A program made the translations under genes and the position numbers. Shown here piece after piece: positions 28,616-39,956 of a stretch of 55,937 nucleotides of DNA. The notes beneath the pieces were generated by a model, which did not search any database, was not told the DNA's origin, and saw only the letters and a list, made by a program, of their open reading frames with translations. Numbering within the stretch: position 1 is the first letter of the stretch; every line of letters begins with the position of its first letter. The DNA is taken from positions 1-55,937 of the forward strand of contig JBBRLJ010000034.1 of NCBI GenBank assembly GCA_038231435.1, given 5' to 3'. The stretch is from Planctomycetota bacterium. Lineage in GTDB: Bacteria > Planctomycetota > UBA11346.

Positions 28616-28794
28616 CCCCTGCCGCCCGCATCGGCGCCGATGAATCCCGCACGGGGATCGATGGAACCTGCACGCCAGCCCGGGCCGCGGGCATACGCTC
28701 CAGGCTGTACGTCGATCGCACCCATGCGTGGGACTATCCACGATTCCGACCTCGGACCAGCGCCGGCTTTCCGGCTCAGCCATCAGGACTCGCG

Positions 28795-30910
28795 ATGATC
28801 ACCATCCACATCGTCTTCAACGCCCACATCGATCCGATCTGGCTGTGGCCGTGGACGTCCGGCCTCGACGAGGCGCTCGCCACCTGCCGCAGTGCCTGCG
28901 ACCGGCTCGATCTCCATCCGGACCTGTTCTTCAGCCAGGGCGAGGCCTGGCTGTTCAGTCAGGTCGAGCGCGCGGATCCGGCGTTGTTCGCGCGCATCCA
29001 GGCGCACGTGCGTTCCGGGCGCTGGGAGATCGTCAATGGCTGGTGGACGCAGCCCGACTGCAACCTGCCCAGCGGGGTCGGCTTCGAGCGCCAGATCGGC
29101 ATCGGCAAGGCGTACTTCCAGGATGTGCTCGGAAGCTTCCCGCGTGTCGGCTATAACATCGACAGCTTCGGCCACGCCGCGACGCTGCCCGGGTACATGC
29201 GCGCCGCCGGTCAGGACCGCTACGTGATGATGCGCCCGCAGGAGCACGAGATGAAGCTGCCGGCGCGGTATTTCCGCTGGCGCGGTTTCGAAGGCGGCCC
29301 CGAGGTCACCACCTTCCGCATCGCCTGGTGCTACAATGGCGGCCAGGATCTGAATCTGCTCAAGGCGTCGCTGAACGATGTGCCACCGGGCTTCGAGCAC
29401 ACCATGGCGTATCTGGGTGTGGGCGACCATGGCGGCGGCCCCACCGAGGAGCTGATCGCCTGGTGCCGCCAGAATGTCGACGCCATTCCCGGCGCCAAGC
29501 TGGTGTTCTCTACCCCGGGCAGATTCTTCGACGCCATCGAGCCGCGGCTCGCCGAGCTGCCGCTGGTCACCGGGGAACTGCAGCATCACGCGATCGGCTG
29601 CTTCAGCGTGCACCGCCCGGTCAAGGTCGGCATCAAGCGCGCCGAGCACCTGCTGCGCATGGCCGAGATCACGCTCGGCGACCGGCCCGAGACGGACGCG
29701 GCTGCCCAGATCGACGAGGCCTGGCGCAAGGTCTGCTCGCACCATTTCCACGACACCATGGGCGGCACCTGCATCCCCAGCGCCTACCGCGCGGTGGACG
29801 ACCAGCTCGGCTACGCGGCGGCGGTGGCCGACGACCTCATCCAGTTCGGCCTGCGCGCGCGCATGCGCGCGCTGCCCGACGATCCGCTGCCGCGAGTGGT
29901 GCTGTTCAACGCCTCCGACGCGCGCTTCGATGGCTGGATCGAGTGCGAGCCGTGGCTCGAGGGCATCTGGAACAGCGGCTGGCGCCTGCTCGACGAGGAC
30001 GGCGGCGAAGTGCCGTTCCAGGGCTTGCAGACCGAGGCGCTGGTCGGCTTCGGCCTGTCGCGGCTGCTCGTGCGCCTGGCCATCCCGGCGGGTGCGTGGC
30101 GTGTGCTGCGTCTGTCGCGCGACGCGCGTCCGGCCGTTATCGTGCCGCGCGCGCGCGTCCGGAGACGCGTTGTGCAACGACGCGGGCGTGCGGCTCGATC
30201 TCGAGCACCAGCGTCTGCATGGACCGCTGGGTGAGCTCGCCCTGCCGCGCCTGGAGATGGTCGAGGACCTCAGCGATACCTGGTCGCACCGCATCGACCG
30301 CTACGTCGCCGGTCCGGTGATCTCGCCCATCTGGTCGGCGCCATCGGTCATCGACGATGGGCCGCTGATGGCCTCGTCCATCCAGACCGGCACCATCGGC
30401 TCGAGCAGGTTACGCGCCGAATGGCGCGTGCATGCCGACGAGCCGGTCGCCGAGCTGCGGCTGTCGGTGCATTGGCTCGAGAAGCACAAAGTGCTCAAGC
30501 TGACGCTGCCGTTGCCGAGCGCGTCGCCAGGACGCCTCGACGGCATTGCCGGCGGCGCGATCGCGCGGCCGGCGGATGGCCGCGAACTGCCGCTGCGCGA
30601 TTGGACGCTGATCGAGCTCGGCGGCGGCAAGCGCCTGGGGGTGGTGAGCCCGGACACCTTCGCCTTGGATGGAGATGCGCGTCGTGTCCGCCTGACCCTG
30701 CTGCGCTCGCCGCTGATGGCGCATCACGAACCCCATCTCGGTTCGGCCGGGAGGTCGACCGTGGCCGACCAGGGCGCGCATGAATTCCGATTCCGGTTCC
30801 ATGTCGGTGGCCAAGCGGAGCGGTCACGTCTCGAAGCGGAGGGGCTGGCAATGGGCAGGGCAGTGATCACCGCAGATCTCACCAGGGGGATGAAGGCGCG
30901 CGCGTTCTGA
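28795..30910 (+). pseudogene. GH38 alpha-mannosidase-like glycoside hydrolase split by a frameshift at ~30146-30157
   Basis: NAHIDPIWLW, GYNIDSFGH, GVGDHGGGPT, HFHDTMGGT in frame 1. The C-terminal domain (DTWSH, LTLLRSP, DQGAHEFRF) continues in frame 2. The switch falls at a (CG)6 run. Confidence 0.8.
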
Positions 30911-31084
30911 CGGAGGGCTGAGGTCGCGTGGAGCGCTGTAACACACACGGATCCCGTGCGTGCCGGCCTGGTGTCAGATTCGCGGACGCGTCACGCCGTC
31001 GGAGCGGAGCCATTGAATGCACGGCGCGCAGTCCAAGCTGGCCGAGTGTTCATCTGCCGCTCTTCCGCCTCCCGAAGGATCGAC

Positions 31085-33412
31085 ATGGCAGTTGCCGCCC
31101 ACCCCAGCCGACTCTCCATGTGCGTGCTGCTCGCGCTTCCGCTCGCACTTTCACTCGCGCTTTCCCTCGCATCCGCGGCCGCGGCTGAGCCGGCGTCCGA
31201 TGCGTCGGGGGAGCGCCTGGTGGTGTGGGACGGCGAGAAGGCCGCCATGGGCGGCTCGTTCTGCGATCCGAAGAACGGCGCGAACGCGCTCGCCGCGCAG
31301 AACGACGAGGCCCATGGCGGACGCTCCGCCGTGCGCTTCCATGGCGAGGGATCGGGCTGGATCGGCGGAGCCTGGAATTGGCACGCGTTCTATCCCGCCG
31401 ACTCGGGCGACGACATCGGCTCGTACGCGAACCTCTCGTTCTGGATCAAGGCGACCGTCGCCGAGGGGCAGCTCGCGGGACTGAACGTGCACCTGTCGTC
31501 CTCGAACAAGGGTGTGACCGGAGACATCGACGTGAAGGGCTACTGCCCCGACCTGACCGATGGCGCGTGGCACGAGGTCGAGATCCCGCTCATCGACCTG
31601 CTCGAGAAGGCGAAGGACTTCGATGCCAGGAAGGCCTGGGAGCTCGGCATCGGCACGTGGTCCGGGCCGGCGCGCACCTTCACCGTGCTGATCGACGACA
31701 TCGCCTTCGACAAGCGCCACGTGCGCCCGCATTCCCGGCCGGTGAGCCTGCCGGAGCCACGCAAGCCATCGCCGCTCGGTGATCAGGTCGTCGAGATGTC
31801 GGCGACCATCGATACCAGTGCCGAGGGCACCCCGATAAGCCCGTACATCTACGGCATCGCCATGGGCGACCGCAAGATCGCGGTCGAGGAGGGGGTGACG
31901 ATCGAGCGCGCCGGCGGCAATCCGATCACCCCGCTGGATTGGCGGCGCGGCTTCTCGGGCAACGGCGCGGACTGGTTCTTCACCAACAACGGCGCCGAGA
32001 CTCCGCCCGAGAAGAATTGGCTGGTGACCTTCCACTCAGAGGACCGCAAGGCCGGACTCGAGAGCTACCTGTGCATCCCGATCATGGGCAGGGTGGCGAA
32101 GGATGCGACCTCGTACGGCTTTGATCGCGCGAAGTATCCTGAGCAGGAGAAGTTCGCCGACGACGCCCCGCATGCGGGGGCCGGGAATGGACGCGCGCCG
32201 AAGAAGGATGCCGGCGGCAAGCCCGTGCTCGACGCTAACGGCCATCCCGTCTTCGAGGACATCGTCCCCGATCCCGACGACAGCTCGGTCGTGAAGACCC
32301 CGAAGGAGCAGTGCGACATGCTGCGCTACATGATCGAGGACATGCAGTACGGCCGCGCCGACGCGGGTGGAGTGAAGTACGTCGCGCTCGACAACGAGCC
32401 GGCGTTGTGGTCGGGTACCCATCGCGCGATGCACCCGGCTGGGGTATCATACGACGAGCTGTGGGAGAAGACCGAGACCTGCGCGACCCTGCTGAAGGCC
32501 ATCGACCCGGGCGTGCAGATCGCCGGCCCCACCTCATGGGGTTGGACCGAATACTTCTTCTCGGGACTGGATTCGCAGCTGATCGCGCAAGGCAAGGGCA
32601 GCTGGGACGCGCCGCCCGATTCGGCGGCGCATGGCGGGATCCCGCTCACCAAATGGTACCTGGCCAAGCTGGCCGAGCACAAGGCCAGGACCGGAGTGTC
32701 GCTGGTCGACATCCTCGACGTCCACTTCTATCCCCAGGCCGCCCCGGGTGGCAAGCGCGGCGAGGCGATGACCCGCGAGGCGCTGGTGCAGGAGACGCGG
32801 GTGATGTGGGATCCGACCTGGAAGGATCCGTCGTGGATGGGCACCAACGCCGACAAGCCGGGCGTCATCCGCCTGATTCCGATGATGCGGGAGTGGATCG
32901 CGCAATGCAATCCGGGCATGCACCTGAGCCTCGGTGAATACAATTTCGGCGGCGAAGACGACGTCGCGGGAGGTATCGCCCAGGCCGAGTTGCTGGGAAT
33001 CTATGCGCGCGAGCGCGTCGACTTCGCCTTCTACTGGTTCGCCCCGGCGATGAACGCGCCGACCTACTTCGCCTACAAAATGTTCCGCAATCCCGACGGC
33101 AGGCACACCGCCGTCGGCGATCGCTGCTTGCCGTCGAGCGTCGATCGCGCCGATGATGTCTCGGTGCACGCTTCGAAAGATGCCGCGAGCGGGCGCATCG
33201 CCGTGGTCATGGTCAACAAGCGCGGCGCGACCGGCGCGAAGGTGGCGCTGAAGCTCTCCAGCGCAGTGCCGGCTCAGGAGCCGGCGTTCTACGAATACGG
33301 TCCCGCCGACCCCGGCTGCATCGGCCTGCTGCCGAAACGTACGGTCTCGGGGGACACCATCGCCATCGAGCTGCCGGCGATGACAGCGCTGCGCTTCGAT
33401 CTCATGCCCTGA
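31085..33412 (+). CDS. Secreted GH44 family glycoside hydrolase with N-terminal carbohydrate-binding-like domain
   Basis: Signal peptide; [48 protein letters not shown]. Confidence 0.85.
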   Translation: MAVAAHPSRLSMCVLLALPLALSLALSLASAAAAEPASDASGERLVVWDGEKAAMGGSFCDPKNGANALAAQNDEAHGGRSAVRFHGEGSGWIGGAWNWHAFYPADSGDDIGSYANLSFWIKATVAEGQLAGLNVHLSSSNKGVTGDIDVKGYCPDLTDGAWHEVEIPLIDLLEKAKDFDARKAWELGIGTWSGPARTFTVLIDDIAFDKRHVRPHSRPVSLPEPRKPSPLGDQVVEMSATIDTSAEGTPISPYIYGIAMGDRKIAVEEGVTIERAGGNPITPLDWRRGFSGNGADWFFTNNGAETPPEKNWLVTFHSEDRKAGLESYLCIPIMGRVAKDATSYGFDRAKYPEQEKFADDAPHAGAGNGRAPKKDAGGKPVLDANGHPVFEDIVPDPDDSSVVKTPKEQCDMLRYMIEDMQYGRADAGGVKYVALDNEPALWSGTHRAMHPAGVSYDELWEKTETCATLLKAIDPGVQIAGPTSWGWTEYFFSGLDSQLIAQGKGSWDAPPDSAAHGGIPLTKWYLAKLAEHKARTGVSLVDILDVHFYPQAAPGGKRGEAMTREALVQETRVMWDPTWKDPSWMGTNADKPGVIRLIPMMREWIAQCNPGMHLSLGEYNFGGEDDVAGGIAQAELLGIYARERVDFAFYWFAPAMNAPTYFAYKMFRNPDGRHTAVGDRCLPSSVDRADDVSVHASKDAASGRIAVVMVNKRGATGAKVALKLSSAVPAQEPAFYEYGPADPGCIGLLPKRTVSGDTIAIELPAMTALRFDLMP

Positions 33413-33581
33413 GTGGACCTCCGCGCGGGGCATCGTTTCCCCACCGACATCCGCGCCGCACCCTGACCCGTATCCTCCGAATGCGGGTGACGCCAGCGTA
33501 TGCCGGATGGAAGAGATCGGTTTCACGCCGTTCCCCTGGCCCAGACTGTGCGGCGATCCGAGCAACACCCACGGAACCACC

Positions 33582-34127
33582 ATGACGACAACTCCCTCCT
33601 CTAGCGGCAACTCTAGCGGCAACTCGAGCGGTGACACCAGCGGCGGCACCACCGGTACCACGCTGATCGCCACTTTCGGCGCCGGCTGTTTCTGGGGCGT
33701 CGAGGCGGCCTTCCGCCAGGTTCCCGGAGTCACCGCGACCGCGGTCGGCTATCTCGGCGGCACGCTGCCGGATCCCACGTACCACGACGTCTGCACCGGC
33801 TCGACCGGTCACGCCGAGGTCGTGCAGGTCACCTACGATCCGGCGCGGGTGTCGTACGAGCGCCTGCTCGAGGTGTTCTGGGCCGATCACGATCCCACCA
33901 CCCGCGACCGGCAGGGCCCCGACGTGGGCACCCAATATCGCTCCGCCGTCTTCTACCACTCGCCCGAACAGCAGGCGGCGGCGCTGGCGTCGAAGGCGCG
34001 AGCGCAGTCTCGCCACCGACGCCCGATCGTCACCGAGATCACCCCGACCTCGTCCTTCTACCGAGCCGAGGAATACCATCAGCAGTATCTCGAGAAGCGC
34101 GGGCAATCGAGCTGCCACATCAAGTGA
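33582..34127 (+). CDS. msrA: Peptide-methionine (S)-S-oxide reductase
   Basis: [34 protein letters not shown]. Confidence 0.96.
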   Translation: MTTTPSSSGNSSGNSSGDTSGGTTGTTLIATFGAGCFWGVEAAFRQVPGVTATAVGYLGGTLPDPTYHDVCTGSTGHAEVVQVTYDPARVSYERLLEVFWADHDPTTRDRQGPDVGTQYRSAVFYHSPEQQAAALASKARAQSRHRRPIVTEITPTSSFYRAEEYHQQYLEKRGQSSCHIK

Positions 34128-34196
34128 GTCCAATCCCCAACGGGGGAAGCGAAGGCAGCGGACACGAAGCGGACAAGATGCGGAACAGGAGCGGCC

Positions 34197-34604
34197 ATGG
34201 GCGACAAGCTCGAACTCAGTGATGAAGCCTGGCGCGCGCGGCTGACACCCGAGCAGTACCGCGTGCTGCGCCGCCACGGCACCGAGCCCGCCTATTGTGG
34301 CGGCTACGCCGCGCAGAAGGGGCACGGGCCGGGCACCTACGTGTGCGCGGGCTGCGGCGGCGAGTTGTTCTCGTCGACGACGAAGTTCGAATCCGGATCC
34401 GGTTGGCCGAGCTTCTTCCGGCCGATTCCCGGCCGCGTCGAGGAGCAGGCGGATGACGCCCATGGCATGCGCCGCACCGAGATCCACTGCGCGCGCTGCG
34501 GCGGCCACCTCGGCCACGTCTTCGACGACGGTCCTAAGCCGACAGGGTTGCGCTACTGCATCAATGCCGTGTCCTTGGAATTCGTCCCCTCGACCACGGG
34601 GTGA
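34197..34604 (+). CDS. msrB: Peptide-methionine (R)-S-oxide reductase
   Basis: CxxC pairs, [26 protein letters not shown]. Confidence 0.96.
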   Translation: MGDKLELSDEAWRARLTPEQYRVLRRHGTEPAYCGGYAAQKGHGPGTYVCAGCGGELFSSTTKFESGSGWPSFFRPIPGRVEEQADDAHGMRRTEIHCARCGGHLGHVFDDGPKPTGLRYCINAVSLEFVPSTTG

Positions 34605-34631
34605 CGCGGCGAACGGCGCGTGGCGGAGCGC

Positions 34632-35105
34632 TCAGTGCGCTCCACTATGTGGACCACTATGTGGACCAGCATGTGGACCAGCATGTGGACCAGCATGCGG
34701 ACTCGCATGGGTGCGCTTGGCCGGCTGGCCGGCCGGCGAGGCGCCCGCATCGTGCGGGATGTCCTCCTCATCGAGATGGAAGCGATGCAGGAAGCGATGG
34801 ATGAGCGGGGAGAGCGCCAGGCCGATGGTCGCGATCAGCATCAGTCCGCTGTAGAGGGCATAGGCCGAAGCGAACAGCTTGGCGCCGTCGCTGTGCAGTT
34901 CGGCAACTGGTCCCATGCCGCCGAGGATCATCGAGGCGTTGTAGATCGCGTCGACCCATGCGAGCCCGGCGAGCTGGTGGTACCCCACCGTGCCGACGGC
35001 GAGCGAGAAAACCATGATGCCGAGCGCCAGCGCGGCGCAGGCTGCGAGGCGTTTGACGAACACGTGCAGGGGCAGGAGGGGTTCGCGGCGGTGTTCATAG
35101 AGCAT
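34632..35105 (-). CDS. Small membrane protein (K+ channel pore-like domain) with C-terminal H(A/S)GP repeats
   Basis: TM-GYH...WVDAIYNASMILGGMGP...KLFASAYALYSG; tail HASP-HAGP x3-HSGP-HSGAH. Confidence 0.7.
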   Translation of the reverse strand: MLYEHRREPLLPLHVFVKRLAACAALALGIMVFSLAVGTVGYHQLAGLAWVDAIYNASMILGGMGPVAELHSDGAKLFASAYALYSGLMLIATIGLALSPLIHRFLHRFHLDEEDIPHDAGASPAGQPAKRTHASPHAGPHAGPHAGPHSGPHSGAH

Positions 35106-35232
35106 GACCCATGATGCACGTTGGCTCGAGGATTGGCAGCGGGCGTCCGCGCGACGCTCGACGCACGCGGGGCGCGCCCTGGCGCGCGGAGATCCTTTGG
35201 CCGGCGGCCGATCGGCCTATCGTGGGCCTCCG

Positions 35233-36120
35233 ATGATCCCCACCCTTGCCCTCGCCGCCGGCGCCAACGCCCAGCTGCTGACCAACCTGATCAATGAATA
35301 CGACCAAGGCGCGCACCTGGCGCACGCTGCGGCCTCGTCGCTCGCGCGCCGGTGGATGCTCGACCGCCAGGATTCGCCGGTGATCGAGCCGCTCGCCTCG
35401 ACACTGCGCTGGGCCTTGTGGAGCGGCGGCGCGACCGGCGGCGCGCAGGATGGCCCCGCGGTCACCGACGACGCACGCATCGCCCGCGTCCTGGGCGAAC
35501 GCGATGTGGGCTGGTGGCTCCGCCTGCTCTCGAACCAGGGCCTGGCGCTGTTCGCGCTCGAGAACGGCGCGCCCAAGACCGGGTGGACCGCGCACGACCA
35601 GGCGCGCGGCCAGGCATCGGCCGCGGCCTTCCTCGACAAAGCCGACGGCCTGAAGGACCACCAGGCGCTGGCGGTAGGCATGTGGCATTGCCTCAGGCGC
35701 TTCGCCGCCGAATGCTTCTACGGCACCAACAACCGCCTGCTCCATCCGCTGCGCGCGATGTCGCTGGTCTGCGGGGTGCCGCTGGTGCTCGATCCGCAGG
35801 TGCGCAAGGGCATGTCGCTCGCCGGTGCCTCGGGCTTCACCTCGCTCGAGATGACCCAGTACACCGCGCCTTCGTTCGCCGAGGGTTTCGCCGCGCTCTA
35901 CGTCGCCGCGCAGTTCGCCGCCGGGCCCGAGGGCAAGATCCTCGCTGACGCCGCCGAACGCAGCAAGCAGCCGGCGCTGCGCACCCAGCCGCTACGCGCG
36001 CTGGAAGTGGTGCTGCACATGCAGGGGCGCAAGGAGCGCAAGGTCGTCGAGTTCAAGGGCTGGCGCGACCAGTGGCAGGTGGATTTCCTGGGCTTCGCCA
36101 AGCTCGCCTATCACGATTGA
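35233..36120 (+). CDS. Hypothetical protein
   Basis: Long ORF with host-like codon usage, convergent with the kinase gene; no recognisable motif. Confidence 0.6.
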   Translation: MIPTLALAAGANAQLLTNLINEYDQGAHLAHAAASSLARRWMLDRQDSPVIEPLASTLRWALWSGGATGGAQDGPAVTDDARIARVLGERDVGWWLRLLSNQGLALFALENGAPKTGWTAHDQARGQASAAAFLDKADGLKDHQALAVGMWHCLRRFAAECFYGTNNRLLHPLRAMSLVCGVPLVLDPQVRKGMSLAGASGFTSLEMTQYTAPSFAEGFAALYVAAQFAAGPEGKILADAAERSKQPALRTQPLRALEVVLHMQGRKERKVVEFKGWRDQWQVDFLGFAKLAYHD

Positions 36121-36152
36121 GCGCGATTGATGGCTCCGAAGCCTAGAGGCTG

Positions 36153-39100
36153 CTATTTTTCGCGCACCAGCGCGTAGCCGCTCAGGCTCTTCCCGTCCGC
36201 GACCACGACCATTCCGGATAGCACCAGCGGCGCGGCGATCGGCGCCTCGGGCAGCTGCAACGAGCGCAGCAGCTTGCCGGTGGCGAGGTCGAAGACGCTG
36301 ACCATGGAGGCGTCGTCGCAGCACGCGACCCAGGCGCCATTGATCGAGACATCCGTCGCGCCACGGCCCTTGGCGAGCGCGGCCGACCACGCGGGCGCAA
36401 AGCCGTTCCCGTTCCACTTCGTGAGTTCGAGAGCGCCTCCAGTCGCGACCAGCAGCGAAGATCCCTGACTCGCGAGCAGCAGCTGCTTGTCGCTCAAGCT
36501 CGCGGCCGGCAGCTCCTGGTAGCGGCCCTTGACCTTGTGCAGCACGCGCGTTCCGGACGAGGTGGGCACCACCAGGCAGGCTCCGCCAGCGATCACCGAC
36601 ACCGCGCCAATGCGGATCGCGGCTAGCGGCAGGCTCTGGAGCAGCTGGCCTTCCTGATCGAGCATGCACAGGCTGCCGTCGTCGATCACCGTCACCGCCT
36701 CGTCCTCGACCATCAGCCAGGGGTCGAGCTTGCCGGTGAGTGCGAAGGACCACATCTGCTGGTCGTCGCTGCGGGCGGTCAGCGCGAACGCATTCTCGGT
36801 CTTCTCGACCGCGAAGCACGCGCGCTTGCCGACATGGAAGAGCAGCTCGCGCTCTCCGAAAGCCAATGCAGGAGGTGCGCCGCGATGGACGACGCGCGCC
36901 GCTCCGAAGGCGCGCGGGGTCGCGTGCACCGCCACGCCGAGCCCGTCGTCCGAAGCCAGCCACAGCGTGTCGGAATCCATGTCGCGCGACGGCAGCCATG
37001 AGGATCCGGGCTTGGGCGCTTCTGGCAGCGCCGACCCCTCGAGCTTGGCGAGTGTCGCGCCATCGGCGGGGTTGCCGAGCAGCACGGCGTGGGCCGCGAT
37101 GACGATGAAGGAATCGCCGTGCGTCCCCACCTGCGCCCACTCGCCGAGATCCACCGGCACCGTCCAGCTCGGCGCGTCGGTCATGGTCAGGGTGTACACG
37201 CGTTCGCCAGGCGTCGCATCCGGCGGCACCGTCAGAGAGGCCTTGCGGAATCCATCGGCGCTCACGGTCAGCCGTGTCAGGCCGTTGGCGCGTCGGCAGA
37301 ACAGCAGTCCGCCCGACGCGGGCATCGTCGCCCCGTCCACATCGAGCGTCACCGCCGTGGCGTCGGGGCCGTGCACCGCGAGACGTCCGGGTAGGGGCAG
37401 CCGCGCGGCGAGACCGCCGATGCGCTTGGTCGCGGAACGGAAACGTTCTGCGCGCGCCAAGGCCTCGGCGGGATCGTTCTTGGCGATGGCGAGAATGGCG
37501 GCCAGCTCGGCGTCGATGGGATCCGCCTCGGCGGAAGCCTGCTTGAGCACCGCCTGCACGCGCTCGGCGTCGGCGCCCGCGCTCGGCAGCAGCCGCTTCG
37601 CTTCCGCGCGCACCGCGAGCCAGTCGACCGATTGATCCTTGGCCATGCGCTCGAGCTCGGCGATCCCCGCGTGCCCGGAGGCCGCGGGAACTGGGGTGTG
37701 GGTGATCGTGGCTCCTGCCACGGGCCCCGCTGCCGTCTCGTCGGGAGCATGCCGCGACAGCATCGACCATCCGCCGATGGCTCCGGCGGCGACCACCACG
37801 CAGGCGACCGCGGCGATCATGCCGAGCTTGCGTCCGTGGGCGGCCCGCACCGCCACGGCCTTGGCGAGCAGCTGGCGGCGCGCGACTTCAGAGGGGACCG
37901 CCTTCGCGCCGAGTTCATACGCTACGATGGCCTCGCGCCAGCGTCCACCTGCGGCATGGACGTCGCCTTCGGCTTCATGACCCTTGGCCTCGGCGACGCG
38001 CAGATTTCCGGCTGCGTTGTGCACGTGATCTGATGACGAGGTCTTGCCAGGCTTGCTGACATTCGCGTCCTTGCCGTCCTTGGCATCGGCGGCATCGGCA
38101 GGCTTCGCCGCCGCGGAGCGTGCGCGCGCCGAGTCCGATCCGAGCGCCCCGCCTTGGGTGTCCGGCGCATTCTCGGAGGACTTCGCTGACGCACTCGTTG
38201 TCGAGTTCCCGGTCGGGAGTTTGGCGGATGATGCCGTCTTCGTCGGCGCGGGCGGTGGCTCCGCCGCCGCGGCGCCGAAGGTCACGGGTCCCGCCGCGGC
38301 CGGCGGCGCCGGTGGGAGCTCGGGCTGGACCTGGAGGTAGTCGGGGATCGCGAACGGCTTCTTCGCGCCGTCCCCGGCCGGCGTGGCCGGCGTCGCGGCC
38401 GGTATTGCGGCTGCGGGAGGGCGCGCCGGACCGTCGAGGCCTAGATCGATGTCGCGGACCTTGGGCGCGTCGCTGGCGCCGTCGCTACGCGCGGCGACGC
38501 GCGGCGACGCGTCCTTGGCGGCATGTCCCGATGCTGGTGCCGACGAATCCTCGAAACTCTTGAGCGAACGCGCCTGTTGCGCATCGGGTATCCCCGCGTC
38601 GGAGGCGTTCTCGTCCAGGCGCGCGACTCCGAGCACCGACGAGCCGGTGGCCGCGGCGGTGCGTGGGAGCATGGTCGAGCCGGTCGCGGTCGCCGGCGGC
38701 TCCAAGGGCTTGCCATCGCCATCGACCGCGTCGGTGGCCATGGTCGCCATCTCGGCGATCTGCTCTCGCCGCGCGTCGCCGGCGGCGATGGTCATGAGGT
38801 TTTCCGGCAGCGACGCCGCCAGCGCGGCGAGCTCGCGCGCGAATGCCGCCGCGTCGATGCGTTTGGCCTGATCCTTCACCAGCGCCTTGGCCAGCAGCGC
38901 GTCGAGGATCCCCAGGTGCGGGACCCGCTCGGCCAGGAGCGGCGTGGGAGCGGAGACATGGCACTGGATGGTCTCGAGCGAGGAGGCGGAGCGGTACAGG
39001 GGCTCGCCAGCGACAGTGTGGAAGAGCGCGCAGCCGAGGCTGTAGATGTCCGACGCGCGCGTGGGTTCCTTGCCGCGGCACACTTCGGGCGCCATGTATG

Positions 39101-39689
39101 CCGGCGTGCCGAGCGCCATCCCGGTCATGGTCAGGCCGATGCTGTCGTCGGCCTTCGCGAGTCCGAAGTCGGCCAGCTTGGCCGTGCCCGAGCGGGTGAC
39201 CATGATGTTGTCGGGTTTGATGTCGCGATGGACGACGCCAACGGCATGCGCCGCGACCAAGCCCTCGGCGGATTGGCGGTAGAGATCGAGGGCGGCGCGC
39301 ACCAACATCGGTTCGTTCGCGAGTTCTCCGATCGAGCGGCCATCGACGAACTCCATGACCATGATCAGCAGCTGCTTGCCATCGGGACCGAGCAGCGGAC
39401 CGAAGTCGTGGCAGGTGACGATGTGCTGGTTGTGGAGCCGGGCGAGAGTCTTGGCCTCGCGGTTGAAGCGCTCGACATAGGCCGGATTCGCGGCCAGGTG
39501 CGTGGCGATCACCTTGATCGCCACCACTCGGTCGAGGCGCAGCTGGCGACCGCGGTAGACGGCGCCCATGGCACCGGCGCCGAGCAGGGCCTCGAAGGCG
39601 AGCGAGTCGGTGCGGTATCCGATGAGGGGATCCACCGCCGTGCCGGTCTCATCGGATGAGCCGAAGCCCGGGCCGGATGCGGAGTCCAT
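36153..39689 (-). CDS. Membrane-anchored Hanks-type Ser/Thr protein kinase with C-terminal beta-propeller-like region
   Basis: LGAGAMGAVY, VAIK, HRDIKPDN, DFGLAK, GTPAYMAPE, SDIYSLG; long P/A linker; TM (MIAAVACVVVAAGAIGGW); PQQ-like repeats. Confidence 0.92.
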   Translation of the reverse strand: MDSASGPGFGSSDETGTAVDPLIGYRTDSLAFEALLGAGAMGAVYRGRQLRLDRVVAIKVIATHLAANPAYVERFNREAKTLARLHNQHIVTCHDFGPLLGPDGKQLLIMVMEFVDGRSIGELANEPMLVRAALDLYRQSAEGLVAAHAVGVVHRDIKPDNIMVTRSGTAKLADFGLAKADDSIGLTMTGMALGTPAYMAPEVCRGKEPTRASDIYSLGCALFHTVAGEPLYRSASSLETIQCHVSAPTPLLAERVPHLGILDALLAKALVKDQAKRIDAAAFARELAALAASLPENLMTIAAGDARREQIAEMATMATDAVDGDGKPLEPPATATGSTMLPRTAAATGSSVLGVARLDENASDAGIPDAQQARSLKSFEDSSAPASGHAAKDASPRVAARSDGASDAPKVRDIDLGLDGPARPPAAAIPAATPATPAGDGAKKPFAIPDYLQVQPELPPAPPAAAGPVTFGAAAAEPPPAPTKTASSAKLPTGNSTTSASAKSSENAPDTQGGALGSDSARARSAAAKPADAADAKDGKDANVSKPGKTSSSDHVHNAAGNLRVAEAKGHEAEGDVHAAGGRWREAIVAYELGAKAVPSEVARRQLLAKAVAVRAAHGRKLGMIAAVACVVVAAGAIGGWSMLSRHAPDETAAGPVAGATITHTPVPAASGHAGIAELERMAKDQSVDWLAVRAEAKRLLPSAGADAERVQAVLKQASAEADPIDAELAAILAIAKNDPAEALARAERFRSATKRIGGLAARLPLPGRLAVHGPDATAVTLDVDGATMPASGGLLFCRRANGLTRLTVSADGFRKASLTVPPDATPGERVYTLTMTDAPSWTVPVDLGEWAQVGTHGDSFIVIAAHAVLLGNPADGATLAKLEGSALPEAPKPGSSWLPSRDMDSDTLWLASDDGLGVAVHATPRAFGAARVVHRGAPPALAFGERELLFHVGKRACFAVEKTENAFALTARSDDQQMWSFALTGKLDPWLMVEDEAVTVIDDGSLCMLDQEGQLLQSLPLAAIRIGAVSVIAGGACLVVPTSSGTRVLHKVKGRYQELPAASLSDKQLLLASQGSSLLVATGGALELTKWNGNGFAPAWSAALAKGRGATDVSINGAWVACCDDASMVSVFDLATGKLLRSLQLPEAPIAAPLVLSGMVVVADGKSLSGYALVREK

Positions 39690-39956
39690 CAGGGGTATAT
39701 GCCTCACGACCGCCGGTGGTGTCAAGCGCCGCTGGTCGCCGGATGCTGTCCAAGCGTTGCGCTCAGAGGCATGTGGGGCCTTCTCCCTGGTTCGCCGCCA
39801 GCTCACCGCCGGCGACTGGCGGGACCGGCGGGTTGCGCCGTGGCGTGGCGGCGACGATCCTGGAGACGGGTGTAACCGGAGCGCCGGCCCCGGCGTTATC
39901 ATCATCATGGTCGCCGACACGATCCCCAGCACGGACGCCCGCCAGGATTCCCGCGC

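Noticed and set aside
33599..33660. 12-bp repeats at the msrA 5' end (SSGN repeats)
   Set aside because: A low-complexity N-terminal extension with no sign of function; it stays in frame, so it is not a phase switch.
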